A stretch of 64,000 nt of DNA from a virus. Lineage: Duplodnaviria; Heunggongvirae; Uroviricota; Caudoviricetes. Under the pieces are notes generated by a model. That model did not search any database, was not told the DNA's origin, and was given only the letters and a program-made list of their open reading frames with translations. How positions within the stretch are numbered: the stretch's first letter is position 1; the number at the start of each line of letters is the position of its first letter. The position numbers and the translations under genes are program-made. Where the stretch lies: the IMG/VR virus record IMGVR_UViG_3300033074_002207; one strand, given 5' to 3'. Below, one piece after another: positions 1 to 9,750 of this stretch.

Positions 1-435
1 ATGAAAAAATGTTCAGTCTGTCTTGAGTTTAAACACCAAGATGAATTTGAAAAGAAAGGGTTAAAACCCGATGGTTCTCAACGATTCACAAGTCGATGTA
101 AGTTTTGTGCTAAGACTAAACAAAAAGAGTCATATTCGCAAGATTTACACGGAGTAAGAACAAAAAAACGCAATGCTGTCTTGACAAAGTTGCGAGAGTT
201 GAAAAACTACGTTAATGTTCTGAAAAGTAATCCATGCACAGATTGCCACCAATCTTTTGACCCGGTGGCGATGGACTTTGACCATGTAAATGGTCAAGAA
301 AAGTACATGGATGTATCCACGATGTGTGACAAAGGCTTCAGTAAGGAAAAGATTCTGCAAGAGATTGCAAAATGTGAACTAGTCTGTGCTGTTTGTCATA
401 GGATTCGTGAGAAAAACAGACGACTTGATGTGTAG
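1..435 (+). CDS. HNH homing endonuclease (N-terminal CxxC...CxxC zinc finger; C-terminal HNH motif DFDHVNG...CAVCH)
   Basis: ORF 144 aa; the motifs DHVNG..N..C..CH and two CxxC pairs are read directly from the translation. Confidence 0.7.
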   Translation: MKKCSVCLEFKHQDEFEKKGLKPDGSQRFTSRCKFCAKTKQKESYSQDLHGVRTKKRNAVLTKLRELKNYVNVLKSNPCTDCHQSFDPVAMDFDHVNGQEKYMDVSTMCDKGFSKEKILQEIAKCELVCAVCHRIREKNRRLDV

Positions 436-934
436 CCGCAAACAATTTCGGCAGTTTGGTGTCGATAAGATATTCCCTTGAGAAAGGGAGAAAGGGTAAA
501 AACCTGTCTACGGTTCCCGCCGCATTAGCGAAAGCTGGTGCGGTCATCCAAACAAGCCCAGTTCCTGTGAGCTTCACGTGACCAACACGTGGAGATATTA
601 ACAGTAAATGGGGAAGCGAAATGCTTGTGCTGTGTGAGGGTAACACTTTAGCGCAGTTGCAAGCCACGGCCGCAAGCCGTAAAGTTTCCACGCAAACCAT
701 TGGTGTTTAAGAGACTAAGGGTAGTCATAGGGTTCGAGTTTTGCAGACAAGAGCTTTATGGAGTCGGCTTCGGTCGGCTTTAGCATGATGAGAGGAGAGA
801 GCCAGGTGTGGATTTGGCTGGATTCTTGAAATCACGTTGAGTAATCTCGCAAAGATGAAAGGCAGAGAGGTGTGTTGTATTTTGTACGTCAAAAGCGTAT
901 GAAGCAATGGCACACGCACATCTCGGTAGACTTC

Positions 935-1010
935 GCAAATAATAGCTCATTGGTAGAGCGTCTGTATGAAGAACAGAAGGCATTTGGTTCAATTCCGAAT
1001 GTTTGCACTA
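935..1010 (+). pseudogene. tRNA-like element (cloverleaf with GAA anticodon loop) embedded in the non-coding region; 3-nt acceptor/D spacer, 3' CTA instead of CCA
   Basis: acceptor gcaaata/tgtttgc, D stem gctc/gagc, anticodon stem tctgt/acaga with loop atGAAga, T arm tttgg-ttcaatt-ccgaa. Confidence 0.35.
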
Positions 1011-2166
1011 AACGCAAAAGTCGTGTGCTGTATGGAGTGAAAACCGCTTCTTTCCAAGGCGAAAGCGCTTGGAGCGATAAGACTCGCAAGGTCGAATCGT
1101 AGTGTGTGGATGAACGACGGTGGGTTTAGCGACCCTTTGCTGCTCGCAAGGTAGACGGCTATTAAGATATGCACAGTAGCTTCATATGTAGCTCGGGACG
1201 CCTTCCGAGGATAAATAAAGGCAGCGGTGCTATCGTACTATGGGCAACTGTAGTGGATAAGCTGAGAATCTACGCCGCAAGCGTGGAGTAATGCAGTATA
1301 AAGCGATAGCGTAGTTGGTAAATCTAAGCCAGCCTTAACTAGATTTAAACGAGTTGTGTCCAAATGGTACTGGAAACAGTGGACAAGAGTTGTAGTAAGA
1401 ACCAACAAGACTACGCCCCTGAAGGTCGGCGGGAACACAGGCGACGAGACGAATAAAAAGCCTAATCGACCAAATTCGTGGCAGTTCGGAGAGACGAACA
1501 CCTTTTACAAGGGGGAACCAAACCTAGTAGTCGCGCTGCAAAGCCCGACAAGCTAGTGGAAAACCCCTTGTAAGCCAGATTTCGCACATGGATGTGCAAA
1601 ACGAGTTGCGATGAAGAGATAGCCTGATACGAACGCCTAGGCCGTGGTCAAAAGCAGGTAAAGTGGCAACCTCACTCTTCCGTGAATAAAAACACGCAAA
1701 AAACTATGGCGCTCTGGAGAGACAGAGACTAAGATTTAGCATCTTTTGATGCGACAAGAGTTGAAAATGCGTTGATGGCATACGCAACCTCTAGTTGGAG
1801 AGGAGAGCCCGGACTTTGAAATACGAAGTCGAATCACACTGCATGCGGTGTTACTAGCCCAATACCATCATAACAGGTGACAGTTCGGAGAGACGAACGT
1901 TAAGTTTGACGGCAACGTGGGAGGAGGAGTTAACCTCCGTTGTTTGTCAGGGATTGCTGAAGACTCCGTAGGCGTCCCAAGATTTTCCCGTAGAGTCGCA
2001 ACCTCTCGAAAGAGAGAACACAGGAAGTGCTTAGTCCCTGGACGCAGGATAAGGCTAAGGCAAACTAGAGACTCGGCGTCGAGCCTACTATGTGTAGGAC
2101 TGAGCGGCAGTGTGCTATCAGGCGAAAAAAGAACTGCGCAAGACACGTGACTGATATGCGGGATAT

Positions 2167-2198
2167 GGGCGAGAGTAGAAATATTCTCGCCCTTTTTT
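2167..2198 (+). terminator. intrinsic terminator (gggcgaga...tctcgccc + TTTTTT)
   Basis: 8-bp GC-rich stem followed by T6. Confidence 0.7.
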
Positions 2199-2250
2199 GT
2201 TTTAACCCCTTTTATTTATGGTATACTGAATCTTCAGGAGTAAAATCACA

Positions 2251-3204
2251 ATGATTTGGTTATCTATCTTTATGCTGCTGGTGTGCGTAATTGCTTTTAT
2301 TGTCTCATTCGGACTTGAGGATGAAAGCAAAACAATCGCTAAAGTGGTTTCTGGCATCACGTTCGTAATCGCGCTGGTGACTTTTCTGTTCGCTTCTATT
2401 AAGGTAATTGCACCTGGACATGTCGGTGTTCAAGTAACCTTTGGAACAGTAAATTCAAAACCGCTACTGAATGGTGTTCATTTCGTCAATCCGTTTTCAC
2501 GTGTCGAATCTGTAGAGGTTCGAACATTTGAATACACCATGTCTTCAACATCTAATGAAGGAGCACGACAAGGCGACGACTCTGTTCGTCTTTTTTCCAA
2601 GGATGTCCTACCTATGGATGCCGATATTACTATCATGTGGCGTCCAGTTCCTTCAATGGTGCCTTGGCTCTATCAACATATCGGCAATCACAACGATTAT
2701 GTTGAGAAAATTATTCGCCCATCTTCGCGCTCAGCATTTCGCAATGCTGTAGTACAATACACTGCTCAAGAAGCTATTACTTCGGCACGAGAACGATTAT
2801 CGACAGATGTTTCAAAACAAATGGGTGAATCAATTAATAAGATTCTGTCAAATAATGAAAATTACCCCGGTGATTGCTTCGTTATTCCAGATGTTCTGAT
2901 TCGAAATATCGAGCCACCTGAAAAGTTAAAAGATGCGGTGCAGTCTAAGCTAGTTGCTGACCAAGAAGCTCAACGAATGCAGTTTGTGCTTATCAAGGAA
3001 AAGCAGGAAGCTGAGCGAAAGCGCATTGAGGCTCAGGGTATTGCAGACTTCCAGAGAATCGTAACTCAAGGTATTAGCGAACCTTTACTTGAATGGAAGG
3101 GTATTGAAGCTACACTTGAGCTAGCTAAGAGCAGCAATGCTAAGGTGGTTGTGATTGGAAGCGGAAAGAATGGATTGCCCATTATCTTGGGTCAAGAAAA
3201 GTAA
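2251..3204 (+). CDS. SPFH/band-7 (stomatin/prohibitin/HflKC-like) membrane protein
   Basis: N-terminal hydrophobic helices followed by APGHVGVQVTFGTV...VNPFSRVESVEVRT and a coiled-coil-like Q/E/A/K-rich tail; AGGAG RBS and TATACT -10 upstream. Confidence 0.55.
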   Translation: MIWLSIFMLLVCVIAFIVSFGLEDESKTIAKVVSGITFVIALVTFLFASIKVIAPGHVGVQVTFGTVNSKPLLNGVHFVNPFSRVESVEVRTFEYTMSSTSNEGARQGDDSVRLFSKDVLPMDADITIMWRPVPSMVPWLYQHIGNHNDYVEKIIRPSSRSAFRNAVVQYTAQEAITSARERLSTDVSKQMGESINKILSNNENYPGDCFVIPDVLIRNIEPPEKLKDAVQSKLVADQEAQRMQFVLIKEKQEAERKRIEAQGIADFQRIVTQGISEPLLEWKGIEATLELAKSSNAKVVVIGSGKNGLPIILGQEK

Positions 3205-4216
3205 AAATCCCTCAAAATCGCAAACAGTGAAATAGATAAAAAGATTTGTTCGTTGTCATTGTAACGTCCCAAGTCGTTGATATGCTGGCTTGGGGTAGCG
3301 GGTACAAACACACGAGAGAGTAATTACTCAAGTTACGCAAGAGTAAAGCAACATGAGCGTAAGCGAACAATCTACAAAGTTTTGTGGTATAATACTTACA
3401 AGGACTTTGAAAGCTGAATAACGACGATTTGGAGTGTGGCAAAATTCTGTCAATAGGCAGATACCCACTTGCAGGGTAATACCAGCCTCGCAGATAAGAG
3501 GCAAACGCGCAAGGCTCCATTTAGATTTGGTGATAGTGGAAACACCCTTGCTCGTAGGAGTGTTGCGTGGTGGTAAACCAGCCGAAGGAAGGCTCTAAGG
3601 TAGCTACGAGTACATTGTCATGACGTGTAGTGAGACAAAAACGCAACATTGCAGGAAAATAGCCGAATATCCTGTTCACCAAAGATTTCACCACAAGGTG
3701 ACGTTTCTCATTTCGTAAAAATGAGTGGTGGAACGTGGCGCGGATAATCCGTGGCTATCGCCCCTTTTTCGCTGGGCTGCGCGACTGGAGCAGTCACTTC
3801 GGTAAGGCGAAACGTTCTCATACGTAAAATGAGTGGAGCAGAGTTTTCGGTAATCTCGCGCAATAAAACCGACTTTTTCAATTTACTCTTTTGTAAATAT
3901 AAAAATTGTTATATTAACCAAAAGGGGGATGTCAGAATATCCAGAATCTGGCAGGGAGCGCAACCTATATATAAGAGCGCGGGTGGTTTTGCAAGTTTAC
4001 CCATAACCGAACTGCGGGCAGTCAGTCCTTAAGTGACCCTTTTATCCACAGCGGAAGGCTTGAGCAAAAAAAGTTCTGTGGCGTGAGTGGTTGGGTTGCC
4101 CCCCCCGACACAACTTTTGCCTGTGACGAACAACGGGTTTATTTAGTAAATAGGGGCTATTGGATTAATTTAATATAGCCCCGCTAAAACAATAGAAACA
4201 ATAAATGAAAACAATG

Positions 4217-4247
4217 GGCGGGTGTGAAAAGCCCGCCTTCAATTTTT
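4217..4247 (+). terminator. intrinsic terminator (ggcggg-loop-cccgcc + ttcaattttt)
   Basis: 6-bp GC stem plus T-run immediately before the 4246 promoter. Confidence 0.55.
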
Positions 4248-4274
4248 CCTCAAAATGATTTGATGTGCTATAAT
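4246..4274 (+). promoter_or_regulatory. promoter: TTCCTC(-35 position)-17 bp-TATAAT
   Basis: ttcctcaaaatgatttgatgtgc tataat; the ORF starts at 4280. Confidence 0.6.
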
Positions 4275-4279
4275 CAAAT

Positions 4280-4585
4280 ATGCCTAGAATTACAGTCAAT
4301 CAAAAAGAAATCGTCGTTAATTTTCAGCATGGCACTCAGCCGAGCAGCTATAACGGTAAGCGACCACGCCCAGATGCAGATTACACCAAGTGTGTTATTA
4401 TTGCTGGACCAGAGGGTTGTCGTGATGAGCAAAAGGAAGTAGAGGGCGAAGCCACAGTTGTTCGCTATTACCGCGACCCACAGAACCGAAAGGAAGCACG
4501 TCGAAATGCTATTCTCCGCGCTCTTGACCAAAGCACTCTCAATAAGGAAGAGAGGGCTGCGGTATGGCAAACCATTCGAAAGTAA
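4280..4585 (+). CDS. hypothetical protein (basic/acidic, 101 aa)
   Basis: ORF directly downstream of the promoter. Confidence 0.45.
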   Translation: MPRITVNQKEIVVNFQHGTQPSSYNGKRPRPDADYTKCVIIAGPEGCRDEQKEVEGEATVVRYYRDPQNRKEARRNAILRALDQSTLNKEERAAVWQTIRK

Positions 4586-5299
4586 ATGTTTGAGTCTGCT
4601 AAGCTGATAGTGCCAGAGTTTCCGCGTACCGCCCACCTGCCAGTGGAGCCGAACGCAGAGCACGATGACATTATAGCCACAGACTCGGAACTTTTGCTAT
4701 TTCTAAACTCCGAGATTTACGTCGAAGAAAAAATCGACGGCACTAATCTCGGAGTTGCTCTTGTTAATGGAGAACCCATTGTTCGCAATCGCTCCCATGT
4801 GTTGCGAAAGAGTTATAGTAAATGCAAAACTCCCTCTCAAATCCAATATCAGCGCTTTTGGTCATGGTTTTATGACAACACCAATAAATGGCGCAACCTG
4901 AATAAAGAGCTTGGGTTTGAAGCCAGTATCTATGGCGAATGGTTGTATGCTCGACATGTTGTTGCATACGACCGTCTGCCATCCCTCTTTATAGCATACG
5001 ATATTTACAATTCGGCTGAAAGAGAGTTTTTACCACCCAAAGAAAGTCGTGATGCACTTGCTTTTTGTGGATTTGAAATTCCACCATTGCTAGATATTGG
5101 TGTGTTTTCAACAGCAGAGTTAATTGCGCTGCGTGATGGCTCCAGTAAATATTCAACGGGTTCACCACGTGAAGGCATCTTTCTGAAATCATCAAATGGT
5201 CAACAGCGATATAAAATGGTGTCTCCCTGGTTTAAAAGCGACGATAATTGGAATAAACAACCGCTTGTTCGAAATGAGTTGGGTAAAATAACAAAATGA
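4586..5299 (+). CDS. RNA ligase, Rnl2/DraRnl-like nucleotidyltransferase
   Basis: motif I lysine EEKIDGTN plus N-terminal FPRTAHLP; the same pair of motifs recurs in ORF 51722. Confidence 0.6.
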   Translation: MFESAKLIVPEFPRTAHLPVEPNAEHDDIIATDSELLLFLNSEIYVEEKIDGTNLGVALVNGEPIVRNRSHVLRKSYSKCKTPSQIQYQRFWSWFYDNTNKWRNLNKELGFEASIYGEWLYARHVVAYDRLPSLFIAYDIYNSAEREFLPPKESRDALAFCGFEIPPLLDIGVFSTAELIALRDGSSKYSTGSPREGIFLKSSNGQQRYKMVSPWFKSDDNWNKQPLVRNELGKITK

Positions 5300-5487
5300 A
5301 AGTGAAATGCTGGGAATGCGACGGTTTAGGACGTATAAGAATAGAAAGAACCGACCCTGCGTTGCATATCTTTACTATGGGCATATCCTGGATAATGGAG
5401 AAACTAATTGAATCAGACCCATATGATGATAGATTTTGGCAAGATTGCCACATTTGTGACGGATATGGATGCCAAGTTCAAGACTAA
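5296..5487 (+). CDS. small zinc-finger protein with two DnaJ-type CxxCxGxG repeats
   Basis: CWECDGLGR and CHICDGYGC. Confidence 0.45.
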   Translation: MKVKCWECDGLGRIRIERTDPALHIFTMGISWIMEKLIESDPYDDRFWQDCHICDGYGCQVQD

Positions 5488-5493
5488 AGTAAA

Positions 5494-5793
5494 ATGAAAA
5501 AACCAACAAATAAATCGAACGGCTCTAACAAGGGCAACAGAAACAATCGGTCATACAAACCCAAAAAGGTTGATTCCGGCAAAGAGGAAGGAATCGAACT
5601 AGATGGCGTTGTTACAGAAAACCTGTCTAATGGACGCTTCCGCGTGAAACTCGAAAATGACATGGAAATTCTGGGGCATATCAGTGGAAAAATTCGTACT
5701 CACTATATTCGCATCATGATTGGCGATAAAGTGAAAATTGAAATGAGCCCATATGACTTGACAATGGGGCGTATCGTTTTTCGATACCGATAA
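5494..5793 (+). CDS. infA: translation initiation factor IF-1 with Lys/Asn-rich N-terminal extension
   Basis: S1-like OB core ...[52 protein letters not shown] closely parallels bacterial IF-1. Confidence 0.85.
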   Translation: MKKPTNKSNGSNKGNRNNRSYKPKKVDSGKEEGIELDGVVTENLSNGRFRVKLENDMEILGHISGKIRTHYIRIMIGDKVKIEMSPYDLTMGRIVFRYR

Positions 5794-5795
5794 TT

Positions 5796-5857
5796 TTCCT
5801 CAAAATGTATTTTTTGAAAATATGTAGTTGACAATCCTCGTGGTTGTTGGCTAAAAT
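5796..5857 (+). promoter_or_regulatory. promoter: TTCCTCAAAAT upstream element + TTGACA-17/18-TAAAAT
   Basis: ttcctcaaaatg...ttgaca atcctcgtggttgttgg ctaaaat. Confidence 0.5.
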
Positions 5858-5934
5858 AAAATACGGCTATTAAGATTCTTCCTTCTAAAAATTATGGCAA
5901 AAAAACAGAGTCTTAGCTCTCCGTAAACGATTTT

Positions 5935-8100
5935 TTGGCTATGGAAAAGCTTCCTTCTAAAAACTTGACTATCAATCAACCAAACAGCTTTCCGCTCTCC
6001 AAAATAAGAATCATGAATAAACTGAATAACATCTACCTTCGTCGTCGCAACCGATTGGTTCTCGAAGCCAACAACGCATATGATACAACTTCTATGCTCT
6101 ATGTTGCCACTATGGTGAAGAATCTCGAAACGCTTGGATACACGTTTTCTGAGCGATTGATGCGAGAATGCACCCGTTTTACACTTCCAGAGCTTACTGC
6201 TTTTAATGCTTGGATTCTTTCTGCTATCAAGCAAGCTAAGGGCGCACATCGGGTACACAAACCTATGTATCCCAATTTTCCATCACAAGTTATGGAAATG
6301 TCTGAATTGGAGTTGTATGTCAATGCAATTTTCCACTACTGGACAGATGGCAAGTGGACACCACCGTCAGAAGTCAAGGAGCGATTCCCGTTAGTTGACA
6401 TCACTCAGTTCACACAAATCGACCTTGGGTCTGATGTTGACCGATTTAAGCTTTTCACCCAGTTGGCTTCAGCCAACGTTGCCTGGGGCGCTCAGGACAA
6501 AGAGGATGTAGAAGAGTTTGTTGTTGTTTATGGCGACAATCTACTTGCTCACATTCCTTCGAATGTTCCACAAAAGGAAAATGCTGCTGCTTTGTCACAA
6601 ATGCTCCTTGCCATCACAACAAATGCCGCTGATTTGGTGGGCAAATTCTGTCATACAGCCACCGACATTCTTCGGCTTGCTGTTGCTATGAGCGGTGGTG
6701 ATGTATCGCTTGCCGCAAAACCTCGATTTAAGAATTTTAAGAGAGCAGAGCGCGTATTTTTGCTTGAGTTGCTGAATGCTGTCCAAAATCCTGTTGAAGA
6801 TATGCTTCGATGGAAGGGCTACTGGCTGCGCCTTGGCGAAAAGTTACACGTTGGGGAATACGCTAAGCGATTCCCTAATGCTGTAGATGCATTTTCTAAA
6901 CTTCGAAACAACGAAAAGGTTGAAACTTTCAACAGTGTCGTTGAACAAGCTTTGCGTTATCATAACGCAGATACTTTGATGAAGACGCTAACTGGACGTG
7001 CTGGCGATTTTGCGCGACGGCTTGACCATGTTTTGCGCAACAACAAGAGTCAGCAGGAAGCTATCGTGGCTTCTTTCAAGACGGTTGCAAATAAGGTTTC
7101 TACACCCGTTTTATTACAGGTGATGACTCACTTCAAGCATCGAAACACACCGACTCGTTTGCGCACGTTCTTCCCCAAGGGTAATGTTGCTAAAGCGAAG
7201 GCGATTGAAAACAATTTGGCATCTATTCCGCAATCTGTGTGTCAAAGTGTGGTGGCTGTGTGTGAGAACGCTTTGATTGAGCGATTCCGGGCTTTGCCAG
7301 ACCTTGGCAATGTTTATTTGGATGACAAATTGGCAAACTACGGTGTGCCGTTTGCTCTTCGTTCATCTTCTAAGTCGTTGCGCACACTGGTGCGTGGTAG
7401 CCGGGTGCCTTTGGATGAAAAGTGTAAGATTCTTCGTTTCTTCTGTTGGTGGAAGAACGGCGGTGGACGCACTGACATTGACTTGTCAGCTTCGATGTTT
7501 GATGAGAACTTTCAGTTCCAAAGCTCTGTGGCATACTACAACTTGAAAGAATTGGGTGGTTGCCACAGTGGTGACATCACAGACGCTCCCGATGGTGCAA
7601 GCGAATTTATCGACATTGACATTGATAAAGTTCGCGCAAAAGGAACTCGTTACATTGTCATGACTTTAAACAGCTATTCACGTCAGCCGTTTTGCGACTT
7701 ACCCGAGTGTTTTGCAGGATGGATGTCTCGACAACATGCAGACTCTGGAGAAATTTATGAGCCTAAGACTGTTGCTGACAGAGTAGATATCGCCGCCGAT
7801 ACACAAATCGCAATCCCGCTCATTATTGACGTGGTAGACCGAGTTGTTATTTGGTGCGATATGGCTTTGAAGCGACATCCGTCGTTCCAGAACAATGTTC
7901 GTAGCAACCTGAGTGGTATTAACGTAACCCTGGAGTCCTTTGCAACGATGAAGAAGCCAAATCTATATGATTTGCTGAAGCTTCACGCCAAAGCCCGTGG
8001 CAACATTGTGGAATCACTTGAGCAAGCAAACACTGTTTTCTCAGTTGCCAACGACACTCCATACAAACTAGAAGAGATTTCGTCAGAGTATATGGTATAA
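5935..8100 (+). CDS. large hypothetical protein (721 aa) with C-terminal vWA-like MIDAS motif (DxSxS)
   Basis: long helical N-terminal region; TDIDLSASM motif at about residue 520; the true start may be an internal Met. Confidence 0.45.
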   Translation: MAMEKLPSKNLTINQPNSFPLSKIRIMNKLNNIYLRRRNRLVLEANNAYDTTSMLYVATMVKNLETLGYTFSERLMRECTRFTLPELTAFNAWILSAIKQAKGAHRVHKPMYPNFPSQVMEMSELELYVNAIFHYWTDGKWTPPSEVKERFPLVDITQFTQIDLGSDVDRFKLFTQLASANVAWGAQDKEDVEEFVVVYGDNLLAHIPSNVPQKENAAALSQMLLAITTNAADLVGKFCHTATDILRLAVAMSGGDVSLAAKPRFKNFKRAERVFLLELLNAVQNPVEDMLRWKGYWLRLGEKLHVGEYAKRFPNAVDAFSKLRNNEKVETFNSVVEQALRYHNADTLMKTLTGRAGDFARRLDHVLRNNKSQQEAIVASFKTVANKVSTPVLLQVMTHFKHRNTPTRLRTFFPKGNVAKAKAIENNLASIPQSVCQSVVAVCENALIERFRALPDLGNVYLDDKLANYGVPFALRSSSKSLRTLVRGSRVPLDEKCKILRFFCWWKNGGGRTDIDLSASMFDENFQFQSSVAYYNLKELGGCHSGDITDAPDGASEFIDIDIDKVRAKGTRYIVMTLNSYSRQPFCDLPECFAGWMSRQHADSGEIYEPKTVADRVDIAADTQIAIPLIIDVVDRVVIWCDMALKRHPSFQNNVRSNLSGINVTLESFATMKKPNLYDLLKLHAKARGNIVESLEQANTVFSVANDTPYKLEEISSEYMV

Positions 8101-8107
8101 TCCGTAT

Positions 8108-8341
8108 ATGCATTCTGATGAATCCATAGTTACACCGGAGCCCCACACATCTTTAAGTGGGGCTCCCGTTGTTTATATTGAGTCTTTCAGCGCGGAAATT
8201 CACCGAAGACCCGAAACGATGTCTGGAAGAAGGACATATCATTATGCTGACGGAACTTCGCTTACAATTTTATTGGGTAAGCACGAAGAAGACTTTCCTC
8301 AAAATCCAAAAACCACCGATAAACAATCAACAGAGCAATGA
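8108..8341 (+). CDS. small hypothetical protein (77 aa)
   Basis: ORF after TATAAT at 8094; weak. Confidence 0.25.
   Translation: MHSDESIVTPEPHTSLSGAPVVYIESFSAEIHRRPETMSGRRTYHYADGTSLTILLGKHEEDFPQNPKTTDKQSTEQ
8295..8323 (+). promoter_or_regulatory. promoter: TTCCTC-17-GATAAA
   Basis: ttcctc aaaatccaaaaaccacc gataaa; gene start 8338. Confidence 0.55.
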
Positions 8342-9750
8342 AAAACATTTGTGTTTCTTATGGAGACGGCATCGGTCCTGAAATTATGGATGCCACACTA
8401 AGGATTCTTAGAGCAGCAAACTTTCAGTTTAATGCTGATGAAATCCTCTTAGGTGAACAAGCTTATTTGGCTGGCTACCTAAATGGCGTGGAAGATTCGG
8501 CATGGGAAAAGATTTCAAGAAACAAGGTGCTGCTAAAGGCACCACTCACAACCCCAGAAGGGAAGGGTTTTAAGTCAGCTAATGTGACAATTCGTAAAAC
8601 CTATGGGTTGTTTGCAAATGTACGCCCTTGTATGTCGTATGCGCCTTATGTGCATGGAGCAGAAAAGCTGGATACGGTCATTATTCGAGAAAACGAAGAA
8701 GATTTATATTCGGGTATCGAACATCGGCAAACCACAGACGTATATCAATGCCTTAAGATTATGTCTGTTCCTGGGTGCGAGAAAATTGTTCGATTTGCAT
8801 TTGATTTTGCAGTTCGAAATCACAGACATAAAATCACCTGTTTAACCAAGGACAATATTATGAAGATGACTGATGGGTTGTTCCACAACATCTTCAAAGA
8901 AGTCGCACAGGAATACCCACAAATTGAGGCTGAACACCTGATTGTAGACATCGGCACTGCCAGAGTTGCCACTAGACCTGAGCGATTCGACATTGTGCTT
9001 GCTCCAAACCTATATGGTGATATCGTCTCTGATGTGGTGGCAGAAGCCGCTGGAAGCATTGGAATGGCTCCATCGGCAAACTACGGGGAACATTGTGCGA
9101 TGTTTGAAGCCGTGCATGGTTCAGCACCCGACATTGCTGGACGCGGCATTGCAAATCCATCTGCACTGCTCTTATCTTCGGTGATGATGTTGTCCTATCT
9201 TGGTGAAAACGAGATTGCCTCTGAGGTTCATAATGCCTGGTTGAAGGCGATTGAAGACGGCTGCGGCACTGGCGATATTAGCGATGCTAAAATGACTACC
9301 AGTGAATTTGCTGATGCCGTTATTGAACGATTAGGTGCAAGACCTGGCTACTTCCCGATTAAGAAGTATGCTAAGACAGATGGCAGTTTTCAATATCAAT
9401 ATCAAAGAAAGCAGACATCGAAAGAACTTGTTGGAGTTGATATCTTCCTCAATGAAGCTGATTTAAACTCTGAACAAATTGCCGAGAAGCTTAACAGCAT
9501 TTGTGACGATGGTGTTGGGTTGGCTGTTATCACAAACCGGGGTGTGAAAGTTTGGCCAGACCAAAATCCTTTCACTTTCTGTACAGACCACTGGCGATGC
9601 CGATTTATGTTTCAGAATGACGGAGCAAACTTTGCTCACATTTTGGAGCTACTTCAAAGAATCCATGACCAAAATCTGGATGTTATCAAATCTGAGCATT
9701 TGTATCAGTTTGACGGAGTGAATGGGTTTTCACAGGTGCAGGGGCAATAA
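8338..9750 (+). CDS. isocitrate/isopropylmalate dehydrogenase family protein (NAD(P)-dependent beta-decarboxylating dehydrogenase)
   Basis: SYGDGIGPEI nucleotide-binding motif and NLYGDIVSDVVAEAAGSIGMAPSANYG active-site region. Confidence 0.7.
   Translation: MKNICVSYGDGIGPEIMDATLRILRAANFQFNADEILLGEQAYLAGYLNGVEDSAWEKISRNKVLLKAPLTTPEGKGFKSANVTIRKTYGLFANVRPCMSYAPYVHGAEKLDTVIIRENEEDLYSGIEHRQTTDVYQCLKIMSVPGCEKIVRFAFDFAVRNHRHKITCLTKDNIMKMTDGLFHNIFKEVAQEYPQIEAEHLIVDIGTARVATRPERFDIVLAPNLYGDIVSDVVAEAAGSIGMAPSANYGEHCAMFEAVHGSAPDIAGRGIANPSALLLSSVMMLSYLGENEIASEVHNAWLKAIEDGCGTGDISDAKMTTSEFADAVIERLGARPGYFPIKKYAKTDGSFQYQYQRKQTSKELVGVDIFLNEADLNSEQIAEKLNSICDDGVGLAVITNRGVKVWPDQNPFTFCTDHWRCRFMFQNDGANFAHILELLQRIHDQNLDVIKSEHLYQFDGVNGFSQVQGQ

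Larger units (their letters stand above)
440..2200 (+). other. about 1.8 kb ORF-poor, structure-rich non-coding region ending in an intrinsic terminator; candidate large ncRNA or self-splicing-intron-like element
   Basis: no ORF above 100 aa on either strand; internal direct repeat cagttcggagagacgaac at about 1480 and about 1885; many local hairpins; GC looks higher than in flanking genes; ends at terminator 2167-2198. Confidence 0.3.

Noticed and set aside
440-2200. rRNA fragment or RNase P/tmRNA in the long non-coding stretch
   Set aside because: I could not find the universally conserved 16S/23S segments, the RNase P P4 sequence (AGGAAAGTCCGGGCTCC-like), or a tmRNA tag frame with a terminal tRNA-like CCA domain. 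The region is left unassigned.
3751-4032. ORF 3751..4032 (93 aa) as a gene
   Set aside because: No promoter box or RBS, the composition is typical of translated structured RNA, and it lies inside the ORF-poor region that has its own promoter and terminator.
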